The notes beneath the pieces were generated by a model. The model saw nothing but the letters and a program-made list of their open reading frames with translations, was not told the DNA's origin and searched no databases. This document shows positions 11,529 through 21,738 of a stretch of DNA of 64,000 nt, piece after piece. The stretch is taken from assembly GCA_963668175.1 (NCBI GenBank), contig OY764159.1, positions 480,001 through 544,000 of the forward strand, written 5' to 3'. The position numbers and the translations under genes are program-made. How positions within the stretch are numbered: position 1 is the first letter of the stretch; every line of letters begins with the position of its first letter. The DNA comes from Syntrophales bacterium. Its GTDB lineage: Bacteria; Desulfobacterota; Syntrophia; Syntrophales; PHBD01.

Positions 11529-11606
11529 AGCCGCGGGTCCCCTGAAAGCCCGCGGCTTTTTTTATGACCGAAGCCGCATCGAAAATTCATGCGGCTTTTT
11601 TATTTT
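11529..11606 (+). terminator. tandem intrinsic terminators / attenuator upstream of ilvB
   Basis: AGCCGCGGG (11529-37)/CCCGCGGCT (11549-57) plus T-run; AAGCCGCAT (11571-79)/ATGCGGCTT (11589-97) plus T-run. Confidence 0.8.
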
Positions 11607-11634
11607 ATGCGACACGAAAGGAGTATGACGTAAC

Positions 11635-13299
11635 ATGGAAAAAATCGGCGCGGACATCATTGTTCAGGTCCTGAACGAGCAGGGAGTGGATACCATCTTC
11701 GGCTATCCCGGTGCCAATTCCCTGCCCCTTCACGACCGGTTGCTGGATTCGTCCATCAGACTGTACCTGACCCGCCACGAACAGGCAGCCGCCCATGCGG
11801 CAGACGGTTATGCCCGAGCGACGGGCAAGGTAGGCGTCTGCCTGTCCACCTCGGGACCGGGCGCCACCAACCTGGTAACCGGGATAGCAACGGCTTTCAT
11901 GGATTCGACGCCGATGGTAGCGCTCACCGCACAAGTCAATACAAACCTTTTGGGAAGAGATGCCTTTCAGGAAACGGATATTATCGGCGTCACGATTCCC
12001 ATCACCAAGCACAGCTACCAGATACGGGACGTCGACGACCTCGGCGCAACCTTAAGGGAGGCTTTCCATCTGGCCCACTCCGACCGGCCCGGGCCGGTCC
12101 TCGTCGATCTTCCCAGGGATATCCTGGTCGCAAAATGCGGACCGCAGGACGAAGCAGCCAACGGCAGACCGCAACCGACGTCACCGAACGGCCGCGAGGA
12201 CCTGGAAAAGATCGCCCGGGCCCTGAATATGTCGGAGAGACCGGTCATCATCTTCGGCGGCGGCGTGAAGCTCGGCAACGCCAGCGATGAAATGGGCGAA
12301 TTGGTGGAGAAGACCCAGATTCCTTTCGCCACAACCATGATGGGAGTGGGGTCCATCAACATCACCAACGGATTGAGTCTCGGATTCATCGGCACCCATG
12401 GCTACGAGCTCGCCAACCGCACCGTCCATCAGTCCGATTTCATCCTAGCAGTCGGTGTCCGCTTCACGGACCGCAGCACATCCGTTATTGAAGAGTTCGC
12501 CCCCCTGGCCAGCGTCGCCCAGATTGACATCGATCCGACATCTATCGGCAAGAACGTCAAGGTCGATATCCCCTTTATCGGCGATATCCGGGAAACCTTA
12601 CGGGGGCTCCTGCCGCTGGTCGAACGGAAGGAGCGGCCCGAATGGATGAAACGCATTAAAGATGCCCGGGAAGCCATCGACAAGGAATTGCCCGATAAGG
12701 GCTGCGGTGCGGCGGGTTATTTCATCCAAAAAGTGCAGGAGGCCATGCCGAAAGGCACCATCGCCGTTACCGATGTCGGCTTGAACCAGATATGGACCAT
12801 GCGCAACTGGCATCCCCAGACGCCTCGTTGCCTGTTGACCAGCGGGGGAATGGGCACTATGGGATTCAGTCTCCCTGCGGCAATCGGCGCTAAGGTGGGG
12901 GCGCCGGCGCGAAACGTCGTCGCCTTCACCGGAGACGGCGGCTTTTACATGAATATGCAGGAGCTATCAACGATCCGTTACTACCGGCTCCCGGTCAAGG
13001 TCGTCGTCTTCAACAACGGCCACCTCGGTATGATCCGTCAGCTCCAGTCGTTATTCTTCCAGGAACGCTTCACGCATATAGAACTCGGCGGGGATGTGGA
13101 TTTCGTCGCTATAGCCAAGGGATTCGGCATCCCGGCGGGACGCGTGCACGTCGACGGGCGGTTCGAGGAAGGCGTCGAAAAGATGTGCCGGACGGACGGG
13201 CCTTACTTCCTGGAGGCTGTCGTCGATCCGGATAATTATGTCTTCCCGATCATTCCCCCCGGCCGTTCCAACGTGGAGATGATTTTTGGACAGGATTGA
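11635..13299 (+). CDS. ilvB: acetolactate synthase large subunit
   Basis: IFGYPG, RHEQAAAHAADGYAR, TSGPGATN, GDGG...NNG TPP-binding motif. Confidence 0.96.
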   Translation: MEKIGADIIVQVLNEQGVDTIFGYPGANSLPLHDRLLDSSIRLYLTRHEQAAAHAADGYARATGKVGVCLSTSGPGATNLVTGIATAFMDSTPMVALTAQVNTNLLGRDAFQETDIIGVTIPITKHSYQIRDVDDLGATLREAFHLAHSDRPGPVLVDLPRDILVAKCGPQDEAANGRPQPTSPNGREDLEKIARALNMSERPVIIFGGGVKLGNASDEMGELVEKTQIPFATTMMGVGSINITNGLSLGFIGTHGYELANRTVHQSDFILAVGVRFTDRSTSVIEEFAPLASVAQIDIDPTSIGKNVKVDIPFIGDIRETLRGLLPLVERKERPEWMKRIKDAREAIDKELPDKGCGAAGYFIQKVQEAMPKGTIAVTDVGLNQIWTMRNWHPQTPRCLLTSGGMGTMGFSLPAAIGAKVGAPARNVVAFTGDGGFYMNMQELSTIRYYRLPVKVVVFNNGHLGMIRQLQSLFFQERFTHIELGGDVDFVAIAKGFGIPAGRVHVDGRFEEGVEKMCRTDGPYFLEAVVDPDNYVFPIIPPGRSNVEMIFGQD

Positions 13300-13392
13300 G
13301 TCGCGACCCGGTCAAGAAAAGAACAAACCATGCCGTCCGATAACGGACCTGCATCTGTGATTCATTTATAAAGGGAAAGGTGGATAATCCTT

Positions 13393-13878
13393 ATGGTTGA
13401 AGAACATACCCTCTGCATGCTGGTGAACAACAAGCCCGGCGTTCTGTCCCGTCTTGCCGCCGTTTTCAGCCGGCAGGGTTACAACATCAAAACACTCTGC
13501 GTGGCTGAAACCACGAACACGGAAGTCTCCCGGGTCACCTTGACTGCCTGTGCGGAAAGCGATTTTACGGAGAAGATCAAGAAACAACTAAACAAACTAG
13601 TCGATATTATTGAAGTCCTTGACTATACGGGCGCAGGATTCGTTCACCGGGAAATGATGCTGATCGGCATTCCCGTCAAGCCCCAGGAGCGGGCGGAAAT
13701 CTTGAAAGCGATCGAGATATTCGGGTGTAAGATAACCACCATGAGCCCCGATTACTACGTCCTGGAAATCACCGGCTCCAAGGAAGAAACGGCAGCCGTC
13801 TATCAGTACCTTCAGGAACGCGGAGCAAACGAGGTCAACCGGACGGGTATCATATCCATTCCTAAGGTGCGGTCTTAA
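13393..13878 (+). CDS. ilvN: acetolactate synthase small (regulatory) subunit
   Basis: NKPGVLSRLAAVFSRQGYNI ACT domain; KQLNKLVDIIEV. Confidence 0.95.
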   Translation: MVEEHTLCMLVNNKPGVLSRLAAVFSRQGYNIKTLCVAETTNTEVSRVTLTACAESDFTEKIKKQLNKLVDIIEVLDYTGAGFVHREMMLIGIPVKPQERAEILKAIEIFGCKITTMSPDYYVLEITGSKEETAAVYQYLQERGANEVNRTGIISIPKVRS

Positions 13879-13884
13879 ATCCGA

Positions 13885-16032
13885 TTAGTTTTTCAGGACA
13901 AACAGGGCATCGGCGATGACCGGTTTGGAACCGCTGATGATGATCGGGTTCAGGTCGATTTCCGCGATGTTTTCGTGCAGCAGGGCAATATGACTGATAC
14001 CCTGCAGGATATTGACCAGGGAGACCCTATCCACCGGGGGCATGCCCCTCAGGTTTCCAAGGAGTTCCTTGGCGCGGATATCGAAGAGCATTTCCTCGGC
14101 CTCGGTCGCGCTGAGCGGAGCGGAGCGGAAGACCGTATCCCGGATGACTTCCATGAAGATGCCTCCCAGGCCGAACAAGACGCAGGGACCGAAACCGGGG
14201 AAGCGGGACATTCCGGCCGTAAACTCACGGCTCCCCTTGACCATCTCTTGGACCAGGACCGGCATGTCGTCCCGCGAGGCCCGCCTTATGGCATGGAAGG
14301 CTTGGCGCACGCCGTCTTCCGTCTGAACATTCAAAGCGATGAGCCCCTTGCCGGTTTTATGCATGACCTCCCAGGAGCATGCCTTGACGGCTACGGGAAA
14401 CCCCATGTTCGCAGCGGCATAAACCGCTTCGCCTTCCGTATTCGCCAGGCTACCCCGGGCAACCGGCAGGCCGTAGGCCGAGAGAATCCTTTTCGATTCA
14501 TACTCGTCGAGGGCTTTCTTGCGTTTCTGCAGGGCAGCCTTGATGATCATATCCGTGGCGCTTATCGGGCGCGGCAAGACGGGCGCTACGATGTCTTTGC
14601 GCTCCCTGATCTCTTTGTAACGCAGAAGGGCCGCCATGGCTTCCGCCGCTTTTTCCGGCGCAAAGAAAACGGGAACATCGCCATTCATATAGGAATCCGT
14701 ATAGTGATCGTCCCGGTCGAAGAATGTAGAGATAATGAGGGGCTTGCCGTATTTCCGCGGAAGGGAAACCGTTTCGGCAAGGTCCTTCTTATACATCGCG
14801 ATAAACTGCTCCTCGGACAGGTCGGTCCACATAGGCGCAACCTGTGGATAAATCTCCTTCATGAATCCGGTGCTTATCGCCCCATGGACGATCACGCCGT
14901 CCACCTCGTCGCTCTTCATGAGCATCTCCGGGATCGTTGTCGAGAGCAAATCGGTGTCCAGGTTGAACGTGAGGTCGACCGGGTTGGCGCAGGAAGCATG
15001 GGCAGCGATCAGCGGCCGGATCTCTTCCTGCAGTTCGGCGGAAAGAGGCGGCACTTCGAGGCCTCCCTGATCGGCCGTATGAGACATCGCCGTACCGGGC
15101 CCCCCGGAATTGGTCACAATCCCCAATCGTTTACCCCGTAACGGCGGCGCTGTCGCGAGCGCCCAACCGCGGGCGTAAAGATCTTCGATGGAATGCACCC
15201 TGATAATCCCGGCCTGCCGGAACATGCCGTCATAAAGAATGTCGGGTCCCGCCATGGCCCCCGTATGGCTCAGCCCGGCCCTGGCCCCGGATTTGGAGCC
15301 ACCCACGTATTGGGCGACGATGGGTTTATAACGACTGATCCTTTGGGCGGATTCGATAAAGCGCCGGCCGTTGCGGATACCCTCGATATACAGGATGATG
15401 GCCCGGGTATGCTCATCCTCGCCGAGATATTCCATCACGTCGACGAGGTCGATATTGGCCTCGTTGCCGACGCTGACCGCTTTGCTGAACCGGATGCCCC
15501 GCTTTCTCAGGTAGGACAAGACCTGGGTGACATAGGTCCCGCTCTGGGAGGCGAGCCCCAGGAAGCCTTCGCGGGGGTCAAGCTGGGCAGTGGTCACGTT
15601 GAGAGAAATCTGGGTATTGACGATGCCCATGCAGTTCGGGCCGAGAAATCTTATCCCGTATTGTTCGGCGATGCGCTTAAGTTGCTCCTCTGCCGACCTG
15701 CCCTCTGCACCGGTTTCCCTGAACCCGGCCGTGATCACGATGGCCCTTTTGGTCCCGATTTTCCCGAAATCCTCCAGCAGGCCCACAACCTGGTCCGTCG
15801 GTACAATCAGGACGGCAAGGTCGGGCGGCTCGGGGAGATCGTGGACGGATGGATAAGCCTTGAGGCCCAAAACCGTAGAGTCGTGCGGATGTACGGGATA
15901 CAATTTTCCCCGGTACCCGTTTTTAATAATACTTAAGGCCTGGAGGGTGCCCATTTTCATGGGGTTGTTTCCCGCCCCCACCGTGGCGATTGAAGCCGGA
16001 TTGATTAAGAGTTGAAGTGGGTTTTCCTGCAT
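13885..16032 (-). CDS. acetate/acyl-CoA synthetase (ADP-forming), CoA-binding/ligase domains then ATP-grasp
   Basis: LGPNCMG, SQSG, SHTGAMAG (phospho-His), NPVDL, C-terminal HKT...EIDLNP. Confidence 0.92.
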   Translation of the reverse strand: MQENPLQLLINPASIATVGAGNNPMKMGTLQALSIIKNGYRGKLYPVHPHDSTVLGLKAYPSVHDLPEPPDLAVLIVPTDQVVGLLEDFGKIGTKRAIVITAGFRETGAEGRSAEEQLKRIAEQYGIRFLGPNCMGIVNTQISLNVTTAQLDPREGFLGLASQSGTYVTQVLSYLRKRGIRFSKAVSVGNEANIDLVDVMEYLGEDEHTRAIILYIEGIRNGRRFIESAQRISRYKPIVAQYVGGSKSGARAGLSHTGAMAGPDILYDGMFRQAGIIRVHSIEDLYARGWALATAPPLRGKRLGIVTNSGGPGTAMSHTADQGGLEVPPLSAELQEEIRPLIAAHASCANPVDLTFNLDTDLLSTTIPEMLMKSDEVDGVIVHGAISTGFMKEIYPQVAPMWTDLSEEQFIAMYKKDLAETVSLPRKYGKPLIISTFFDRDDHYTDSYMNGDVPVFFAPEKAAEAMAALLRYKEIRERKDIVAPVLPRPISATDMIIKAALQKRKKALDEYESKRILSAYGLPVARGSLANTEGEAVYAAANMGFPVAVKACSWEVMHKTGKGLIALNVQTEDGVRQAFHAIRRASRDDMPVLVQEMVKGSREFTAGMSRFPGFGPCVLFGLGGIFMEVIRDTVFRSAPLSATEAEEMLFDIRAKELLGNLRGMPPVDRVSLVNILQGISHIALLHENIAEIDLNPIIISGSKPVIADALFVLKN

Positions 16033-16162
16033 ATTGCTCCCTTATGATTCATTGAATTTATAGGGAATCCGTCGATGCCTGTCAAGGAATAAACATTAGG
16101 CTTTACAAAAGAACCCATTCACGATTAAATAAAAGAATATCGTCCAGAGGGGCTTGAGAATC

Positions 16163-17125
16163 ATGAAACCATTGATGCGGGAAGACTTGTGGGATATTGT
16201 CGTTATCGGCGGCGGACCCGCAGGCTATACGGCCGGCCTGTATGCCTCCCGGGCGGGCCTTAAGACCCTGCTCGTGGAAGGCGCTTCCTCCATAAGCCAG
16301 ATAACGGTCACGGATGAGATCGAGAATTACCCCGGCATGGCGGATGGCATCAACGGCTACGACCTTATCGAACGTTTCAAGCAACAGGTGGATAAATTCG
16401 GCGCAACGGTCGTAACGGGCGACATTGCCAAGATCGCCCCGGCGTCCTGGGGCGATGTCAGCGGCTGGACCATCGCCTCGGGTGGCACGGTATACGACAC
16501 CCTGGCGGTGATCGTCGCGACAGGAGCTTCATGGAGAAGGCTGGGGGCACCGGGCGAGGAAGCGCTGATCGGCAGGGGCGTTTCGTTCTGCGCTACCTGC
16601 GACGGACCTTTTTACAGAAACCGCGCCGTTGCCGTTGTCGGCGGCGGCAACGCAGCCATCCAGGAGGCCATATTCCTCACCAACTTTGCCAGCAAAGTCA
16701 CGGTGATCCATCGCCGGGACCGCTTGCGCGCCTCCGCGGTCCTGCAGAAGCGGGCCTTCGCCAATCCCAAAATCGAATTTGCCTGGGATTCGGTCGTCGA
16801 TGCGATTTCCGGTGAACAGGGCGTCGACGGGGTCGTCATCCGCAACACGAAAACGGGCGTGAAAACGCAACTGCCCCTGGACGGAGTCTTTATCTTCATC
16901 GGCCTTAATCCCAATGTCGATATCGTCCGGGGTCTGGTTGCCCTGGCCCCCAACGGCGCCATCGAGGTCGACCGGGACATGAGGACATCCGCAGCCGGGA
17001 TATTCGCCTGCGGGGATTGCATCGACAAGTCCCTCCGCCAGGTCGTTACGGCCTGCGGGGACGGCGCCACGGCGGCATACGCAGCCCAGCTCTATGTAGA
17101 GGACTTGAAAGGGGAATCCTACTGA
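16163..17125 (+). CDS. trxB: thioredoxin reductase
   Basis: GGGPAG, GVSFCATCDG, VGGGNAA, HRRD, ACGDG. Confidence 0.96.
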   Translation: MKPLMREDLWDIVVIGGGPAGYTAGLYASRAGLKTLLVEGASSISQITVTDEIENYPGMADGINGYDLIERFKQQVDKFGATVVTGDIAKIAPASWGDVSGWTIASGGTVYDTLAVIVATGASWRRLGAPGEEALIGRGVSFCATCDGPFYRNRAVAVVGGGNAAIQEAIFLTNFASKVTVIHRRDRLRASAVLQKRAFANPKIEFAWDSVVDAISGEQGVDGVVIRNTKTGVKTQLPLDGVFIFIGLNPNVDIVRGLVALAPNGAIEVDRDMRTSAAGIFACGDCIDKSLRQVVTACGDGATAAYAAQLYVEDLKGESY

Positions 17126-17127
17126 GC

Positions 17128-17991
17128 ATGGCATCGTTGACCGACACCTGGCAACACCTGCCCGAACATATCGACCCTAATCTCTTCGCCATAGGCTCCT
17201 TCCAGGTTCGTTACTACAGCCTCATGTACCTGGTCGCCTTATTCCTCACCTATCTTCTGACCATGTTGAGGATCAAGAGGGAAGGCTTCGCATATACTTC
17301 CGAAACGATTCAGGATGCCCTTGTCTGGGGTATGGTCGGCTTGATTCTCGGCGGGCGTCTCGGGTACGTCGTCTTTTACAACCTCGGCTATTATCTCCAC
17401 CATCCGCTGGAGATATTCCTGCCCTTCGAATTCTCCAATGGAATTCATTTCGTGGGTATCAGCGGCATGTCCTACCATGGCGGAGCCCTGGGGCTTCTGC
17501 TTGCCGTCTTCCTTTACTGCCGCAAACACGGAATCGACATCTGGCGGTTTATCGACCTTATCTGCCCGGCGTTCCCCCTGGGGTACACCTTCGGCAGAAT
17601 CGGAAACTTCATCAACGGGGAGCTTTACGGCCGCATAACGAATTCATCCTGGGGCATGTTCTTTCCCCTCGACCCAACCCACGCCCTTCGTCACCCCTCC
17701 CAGCTGTACGAAGCTTTTTTCGAAGGCGTCATTCTTTTTGCCGTCCTCTGGGGTATCCGACGAAAGAGCCCTTTCGACGGCTTCCTGTTGGCCGTGTATC
17801 TGATCGGCTACGGCCTGGTCCGCTTCTTCATCGAATTTTTCCGCGAGCCGGACGCCCAGCTCGGATTTGTGATCAGATCGCTCAGCATGGGGCAACTTCT
17901 GTGCATGGCCATGATCATCGCCGGCTTCAGCCTTTATATGATTCGCCGAGCGGCCAGCCGTCCCGCCGCCGGTCCAAGAAAAGCCGTCTGA
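17128..17991 (+). CDS. lgt: prolipoprotein diacylglyceryl transferase
   Basis: GGRLGYV, GMSYHGG, RIGNFINGELYGR, HPSQLYE, EFFREPD; start at ATG 17128. Confidence 0.96.
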   Translation: MASLTDTWQHLPEHIDPNLFAIGSFQVRYYSLMYLVALFLTYLLTMLRIKREGFAYTSETIQDALVWGMVGLILGGRLGYVVFYNLGYYLHHPLEIFLPFEFSNGIHFVGISGMSYHGGALGLLLAVFLYCRKHGIDIWRFIDLICPAFPLGYTFGRIGNFINGELYGRITNSSWGMFFPLDPTHALRHPSQLYEAFFEGVILFAVLWGIRRKSPFDGFLLAVYLIGYGLVRFFIEFFREPDAQLGFVIRSLSMGQLLCMAMIIAGFSLYMIRRAASRPAAGPRKAV

Positions 17992-18020
17992 CGCGGCCGG
18001 GATACGGCATCATCCCACGA

Positions 18021-18722
18021 TCACTCGATGCGCATCAGGGACTGCCAGCGCTCCCATTCCGTCTGAACGGGAAGCCCCCTCTTTCTCAGCACGGCGACAA
18101 TACTTTCTTCGTTGAAGCGGAAGTAAGGATTGACGAGCTTTTCGTCGGCTATTGTGGAATAGACATGGGCCGGGGCGTAGCGGCTGAGGAAGCGATCGAT
18201 TTCGACATTCTCCGGTTCCAGGTATTTGGCGAAGGCCATGGAATCCTTTACATAATCGTGGCCTGCATAAACGATTGTCTCCTCCGGCAGGGCCATGAGC
18301 CTCTTGATGGATTGATAGAAGCGCCGTATATCCCCAGTGAAGCAGTTGCCTATGGTCCCGTTAAAGAGCGTATCTCCGCCGATCAGGGTATTTTCGGCGT
18401 AAAAGCACCTGGAATCGTACGTGTGGCCGGGCGTATGGAGGACATGGACCGCCGACCCGCCCAGATCGATCCGGTATCCGTCGGGCAGATCTGCATCGGC
18501 CAAAAAGGTTGCCCCGCTGCTGCGCAGGAGGGTACCGTTTCCCGGCGTATGATCGGCATGATCATGCGTATTCGTGACGTAAACGAGCGTTAGCCCTCTC
18601 TCCCGCGAGAAAGAGAGCATTTCGCCGGCGGCACCGCCGTCTATCGCCAACGCCTGTTTTCCACCGTAAATGAGATAACTAAGATTGTCATGGGCATAAC
18701 GGAATTGCCGGATTTCAAGCAT
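18021..18722 (-). CDS. hydroxyacylglutathione hydrolase (glyoxalase II)-like MBL-fold protein
   Basis: THDHADH, TPGHT, GDTLF, GHDY, NPYFR. Confidence 0.88.
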   Translation of the reverse strand: MLEIRQFRYAHDNLSYLIYGGKQALAIDGGAAGEMLSFSRERGLTLVYVTNTHDHADHTPGNGTLLRSSGATFLADADLPDGYRIDLGGSAVHVLHTPGHTYDSRCFYAENTLIGGDTLFNGTIGNCFTGDIRRFYQSIKRLMALPEETIVYAGHDYVKDSMAFAKYLEPENVEIDRFLSRYAPAHVYSTIADEKLVNPYFRFNEESIVAVLRKRGLPVQTEWERWQSLMRIE

Positions 18723-19019
18723 GTCATATACCTCGCCAGTCAAGATGGAGACGTTCTATAGCAGGGTTTATATCTTTTAGCAAAAGCAGCACGGAGTCAC
18801 GGGTAGGATTTTGGCACCCCGCTGCCGCTCTAAAAACACCCAAACCATTAAAAAGAGATTGCTATTCGTCTGTGAATGCATTACACATCCTGTATCGGAA
18901 TCATCGACCGGGCATCCAAATACCGCCTGCAGAGTGCATGGATAACCCGGATATGGCGGTTTCCAAATAACTCTGCTTCAAACAGGTGGTACGCCGGCGT
19001 TTGAAATAATGCGGGAGCT

Positions 19020-19844
19020 ATGGAGAGATACGCCATAATCATCAGCTATATGCTGATTATCCTGCTGTTTTTGTTCGTGTCGAAGAAGATAGCCGATTGG
19101 ATCACCCGGTTTGACGACGATGCCGCCGTGGCCAGAGACCAAAACAAGGCCGTGGCCTTGCGGCGGTTCGGTCTTTATATCGGCATCGGCGTGACGATGG
19201 CGGGCATCCTGGGAGGCGGGTTCCGGCGGGTCGATTATTACTACCTGGTACTGGACGGGATCATTACGACCCTCCTTTTCTTTGCCTCCCATTATGTCAA
19301 CGATTACCTGATTATACCCAATGTGCGCAACAACGACCTCATCCAGGAGGGCAACCTTCCCACGGGCGTCGTGGAAGCCGCCGGTTTTATCGCCACCGGC
19401 ATCCTGCTCAACGGCGCCTTTGCCGGCGAAAGCGGCGGTGTCATTACGGCGATCGTCTTCTTCCTCCTCGGTCAGATGAGTCTGGTTGCGGCCATCAAAA
19501 TACATCAAAAGGTTTACCGTTTCGATATCACCGAGTCGGTCCGGGCCGACAACCTGAGCGCCGGCATCACCGTCGCCGGCCTGCTCATCGCATACAGCCT
19601 CATTCTCCAGGCAAGCATCACCGGCGAGTTTCTCGGCTGGACCGCAAGCCTGACCTATTTCGTCTTGAGTGCGGCAACGGGCATCGTCCTGCTTCTCATC
19701 TTTGAAAAAGCCGCCGACATGGTCTTTCTGCCCCATACGACCATCACCGAGGAGATCCGGGAGAACAATATCGCGGCCGTCATGCTTATCCAGGGCATCG
19801 TCATCGCCCTGTCGCTCGTTATCAGCCGAACGATTTCTATGTAG
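19020..19844 (+). CDS. DUF350-type membrane protein (two repeats)
   Basis: Hydrophobic protein with repeated ..NKAVAL / GNLPTGV / DNLSAGI / NNIAAV motifs; first gene of an operon with a GSP synthase-like gene. Confidence 0.75.
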   Translation: MERYAIIISYMLIILLFLFVSKKIADWITRFDDDAAVARDQNKAVALRRFGLYIGIGVTMAGILGGGFRRVDYYYLVLDGIITTLLFFASHYVNDYLIIPNVRNNDLIQEGNLPTGVVEAAGFIATGILLNGAFAGESGGVITAIVFFLLGQMSLVAAIKIHQKVYRFDITESVRADNLSAGITVAGLLIAYSLILQASITGEFLGWTASLTYFVLSAATGIVLLLIFEKAADMVFLPHTTITEEIRENNIAAVMLIQGIVIALSLVISRTISM

Positions 19845-19853
19845 AGAAACGTC

Positions 19854-20492
19854 ATGGACCTCAGAAACCATAAGAGCCGGATCATCGTCGGGGGCATATT
19901 CTTCCTCGCCAATACCTTGCTGACCGGTTGCGACAACGGCGACGACAAGACGCCTCAGCGGGGCGCATCGCGCCAGTTTGACGAGCCGGAAGTGGAAAAC
20001 GTCATGAATTTAAAGAAAGTCGGGGTCATGACGGAACTGCAGGAGACAGGCCCTAACGAATACAAGATACAGAGAGAGTATCCGAGCAACGTAACCGGGG
20101 TTGTAATCAGGCGCCGGGACGGATCGCAGGAGATCGTCCCGGAAGAAACGGTCCAGAGCCTGGTCGACAACCCTCAGACGGACAGAATGCGCGGCGTCAG
20201 TACGGCCCTTTCCGCCGGCCTCCTGGGCTACATGATGGGCAAAACCACAAGCCTCAACTCCCGCTATTACGCCAACGACGCCCTCTTTAATCAAAGCATG
20301 ACCAATAAGAACCTGATCGACGAACGCAAACGGGAAGACGAACGCGGGCCGTCCTTCCGGTCCTACTGGTTCGGCAGCGGCCGCTACTATTCCGGGCCTT
20401 CCCAACGACCGGTGGGGGTGGGAAAGGCCACGGCCGGAAGAACGGGGTTTTTCTCCAGGCTGTCGAACAGCTTCAGGGGCTTCATGGGATAG
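19854..20492 (+). CDS. lipoprotein (YgiB/UPF0323-like partner of the GSP-synthase-like ligase)
   Basis: Lipobox LLTGC, GLLGYMMG segment, Gly/Arg/Ser-rich tail. Confidence 0.6.
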   Translation: MDLRNHKSRIIVGGIFFLANTLLTGCDNGDDKTPQRGASRQFDEPEVENVMNLKKVGVMTELQETGPNEYKIQREYPSNVTGVVIRRRDGSQEIVPEETVQSLVDNPQTDRMRGVSTALSAGLLGYMMGKTTSLNSRYYANDALFNQSMTNKNLIDERKREDERGPSFRSYWFGSGRYYSGPSQRPVGVGKATAGRTGFFSRLSNSFRGFMG

Positions 20493-20497
20493 ACGCC

Positions 20498-21697
20498 ATG
20501 CGCACGATTCCCGTCAATCCCATCCCGTCCGATATCTTCGAAAAAGTCGGATTTTATTGGTATCAGTCCCCCGGCGAAGAGAGATATGTTGCAGACGAGC
20601 TTGTCGTCATGACAGAAGCGGAAGGAAACCATTTCTACGAGGCAGCAAGCGAACTTTATGAAATGTATATCGAAGCGGGACAGTACGTCATCGACCGCGG
20701 ACTTTTCTCCGAACTCGACATTCCCGTCAATCTTGTCCCCATGATACGCCATTCGTGGGAAGACGATCGCCATTTCCACCTGATCGGCCGTTTCGATTTC
20801 GCCGGTGGTTTGGACGGGCTCCCGATCAAACTTATCGAATTCAATGCCGACACACCCTCGATGATCTTCGAAGTGGCCCTGATCCAATGGATGATCCTCA
20901 GGCACAACGGTATCGACGAGGTGCTGCAGTTCAACCGCCTCTACGAAACGCTCGGGGAATCCTTTGAACGGATCAAACGCCTCAACCCGGTCTACGCCTC
21001 CGATGACAAAGCTATCGCGCACGCGCTGTTTTCCTGTCTGAACATGGGTCTGGAAGACGAAAACACGACCCGGCTTCTGGAAGATATCGCCTACGAAGCG
21101 GGTTACATCACGGGTTTCGAGTACGCCGAGGAAGCCGTCTTCGACAGGGGTCATTTTCGCAACAAAGGCGGGATCTTTGACAGCCGGGGCAATCACTACG
21201 ACTATTGGTTCAAGCTGGTCCCGTACGAATACATAGGCAACGACGAGCCGGAACTTGCGGATATCCTTACAACACTCCTCATCAAGGATCGGGCGGTCCT
21301 TCTCAACCCGCCGTATACGCTGCTCTTTCAGTCCAAGGGGATTCTCAAAATCCTCTGGGACCTCTTTCCCGGTCACCCATTGCTCCTTGAAACGCGCTGG
21401 GAACCCCTGGCAGGACGGCGCTGCGTGGATAAAAAGACTCTGAGCCGGGAAGGCGACAACGTTGCTATCCTCGATGAAAAAGGTACGACGCTGGAAAGCA
21501 GAGGAGGCGTCTACGGAACCTGCCGGTCCGTATATCAGGATTATGCGGCATTGCCGTCCGACGGCGAGGGCCGCCTCTACCAGGCGGGGATCTTTTTTTC
21601 TTACGAGCCTTGCGGTATCGGCTTTCGCCGGGAACGGGGCATCATTCACAACCACTCCCAGTTCGTCGGTCATACCGTCGAAGAAGCGACGGCCTGA
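20498..21697 (+). CDS. glutathionylspermidine synthase family ATP-grasp protein (YgiC/YjfC-like)
   Basis: IGRFDF, KLIEFNADTPS, FKLVPYE, QSKGIL, HPLLL, SREGDNV. Confidence 0.9.
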   Translation: MRTIPVNPIPSDIFEKVGFYWYQSPGEERYVADELVVMTEAEGNHFYEAASELYEMYIEAGQYVIDRGLFSELDIPVNLVPMIRHSWEDDRHFHLIGRFDFAGGLDGLPIKLIEFNADTPSMIFEVALIQWMILRHNGIDEVLQFNRLYETLGESFERIKRLNPVYASDDKAIAHALFSCLNMGLEDENTTRLLEDIAYEAGYITGFEYAEEAVFDRGHFRNKGGIFDSRGNHYDYWFKLVPYEYIGNDEPELADILTTLLIKDRAVLLNPPYTLLFQSKGILKILWDLFPGHPLLLETRWEPLAGRRCVDKKTLSREGDNVAILDEKGTTLESRGGVYGTCRSVYQDYAALPSDGEGRLYQAGIFFSYEPCGIGFRRERGIIHNHSQFVGHTVEEATA

Positions 21698-21738
21698 AAC
21701 AGAATGCATCAGAACCTCAAGGGAACTATGGAAAACCA

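Noticed and set aside
18812..18825. TGGCAC...CTGC possible sigma-54 promoter
   Set aside because: GG-to-GC spacing is 9 nt rather than the required 10.
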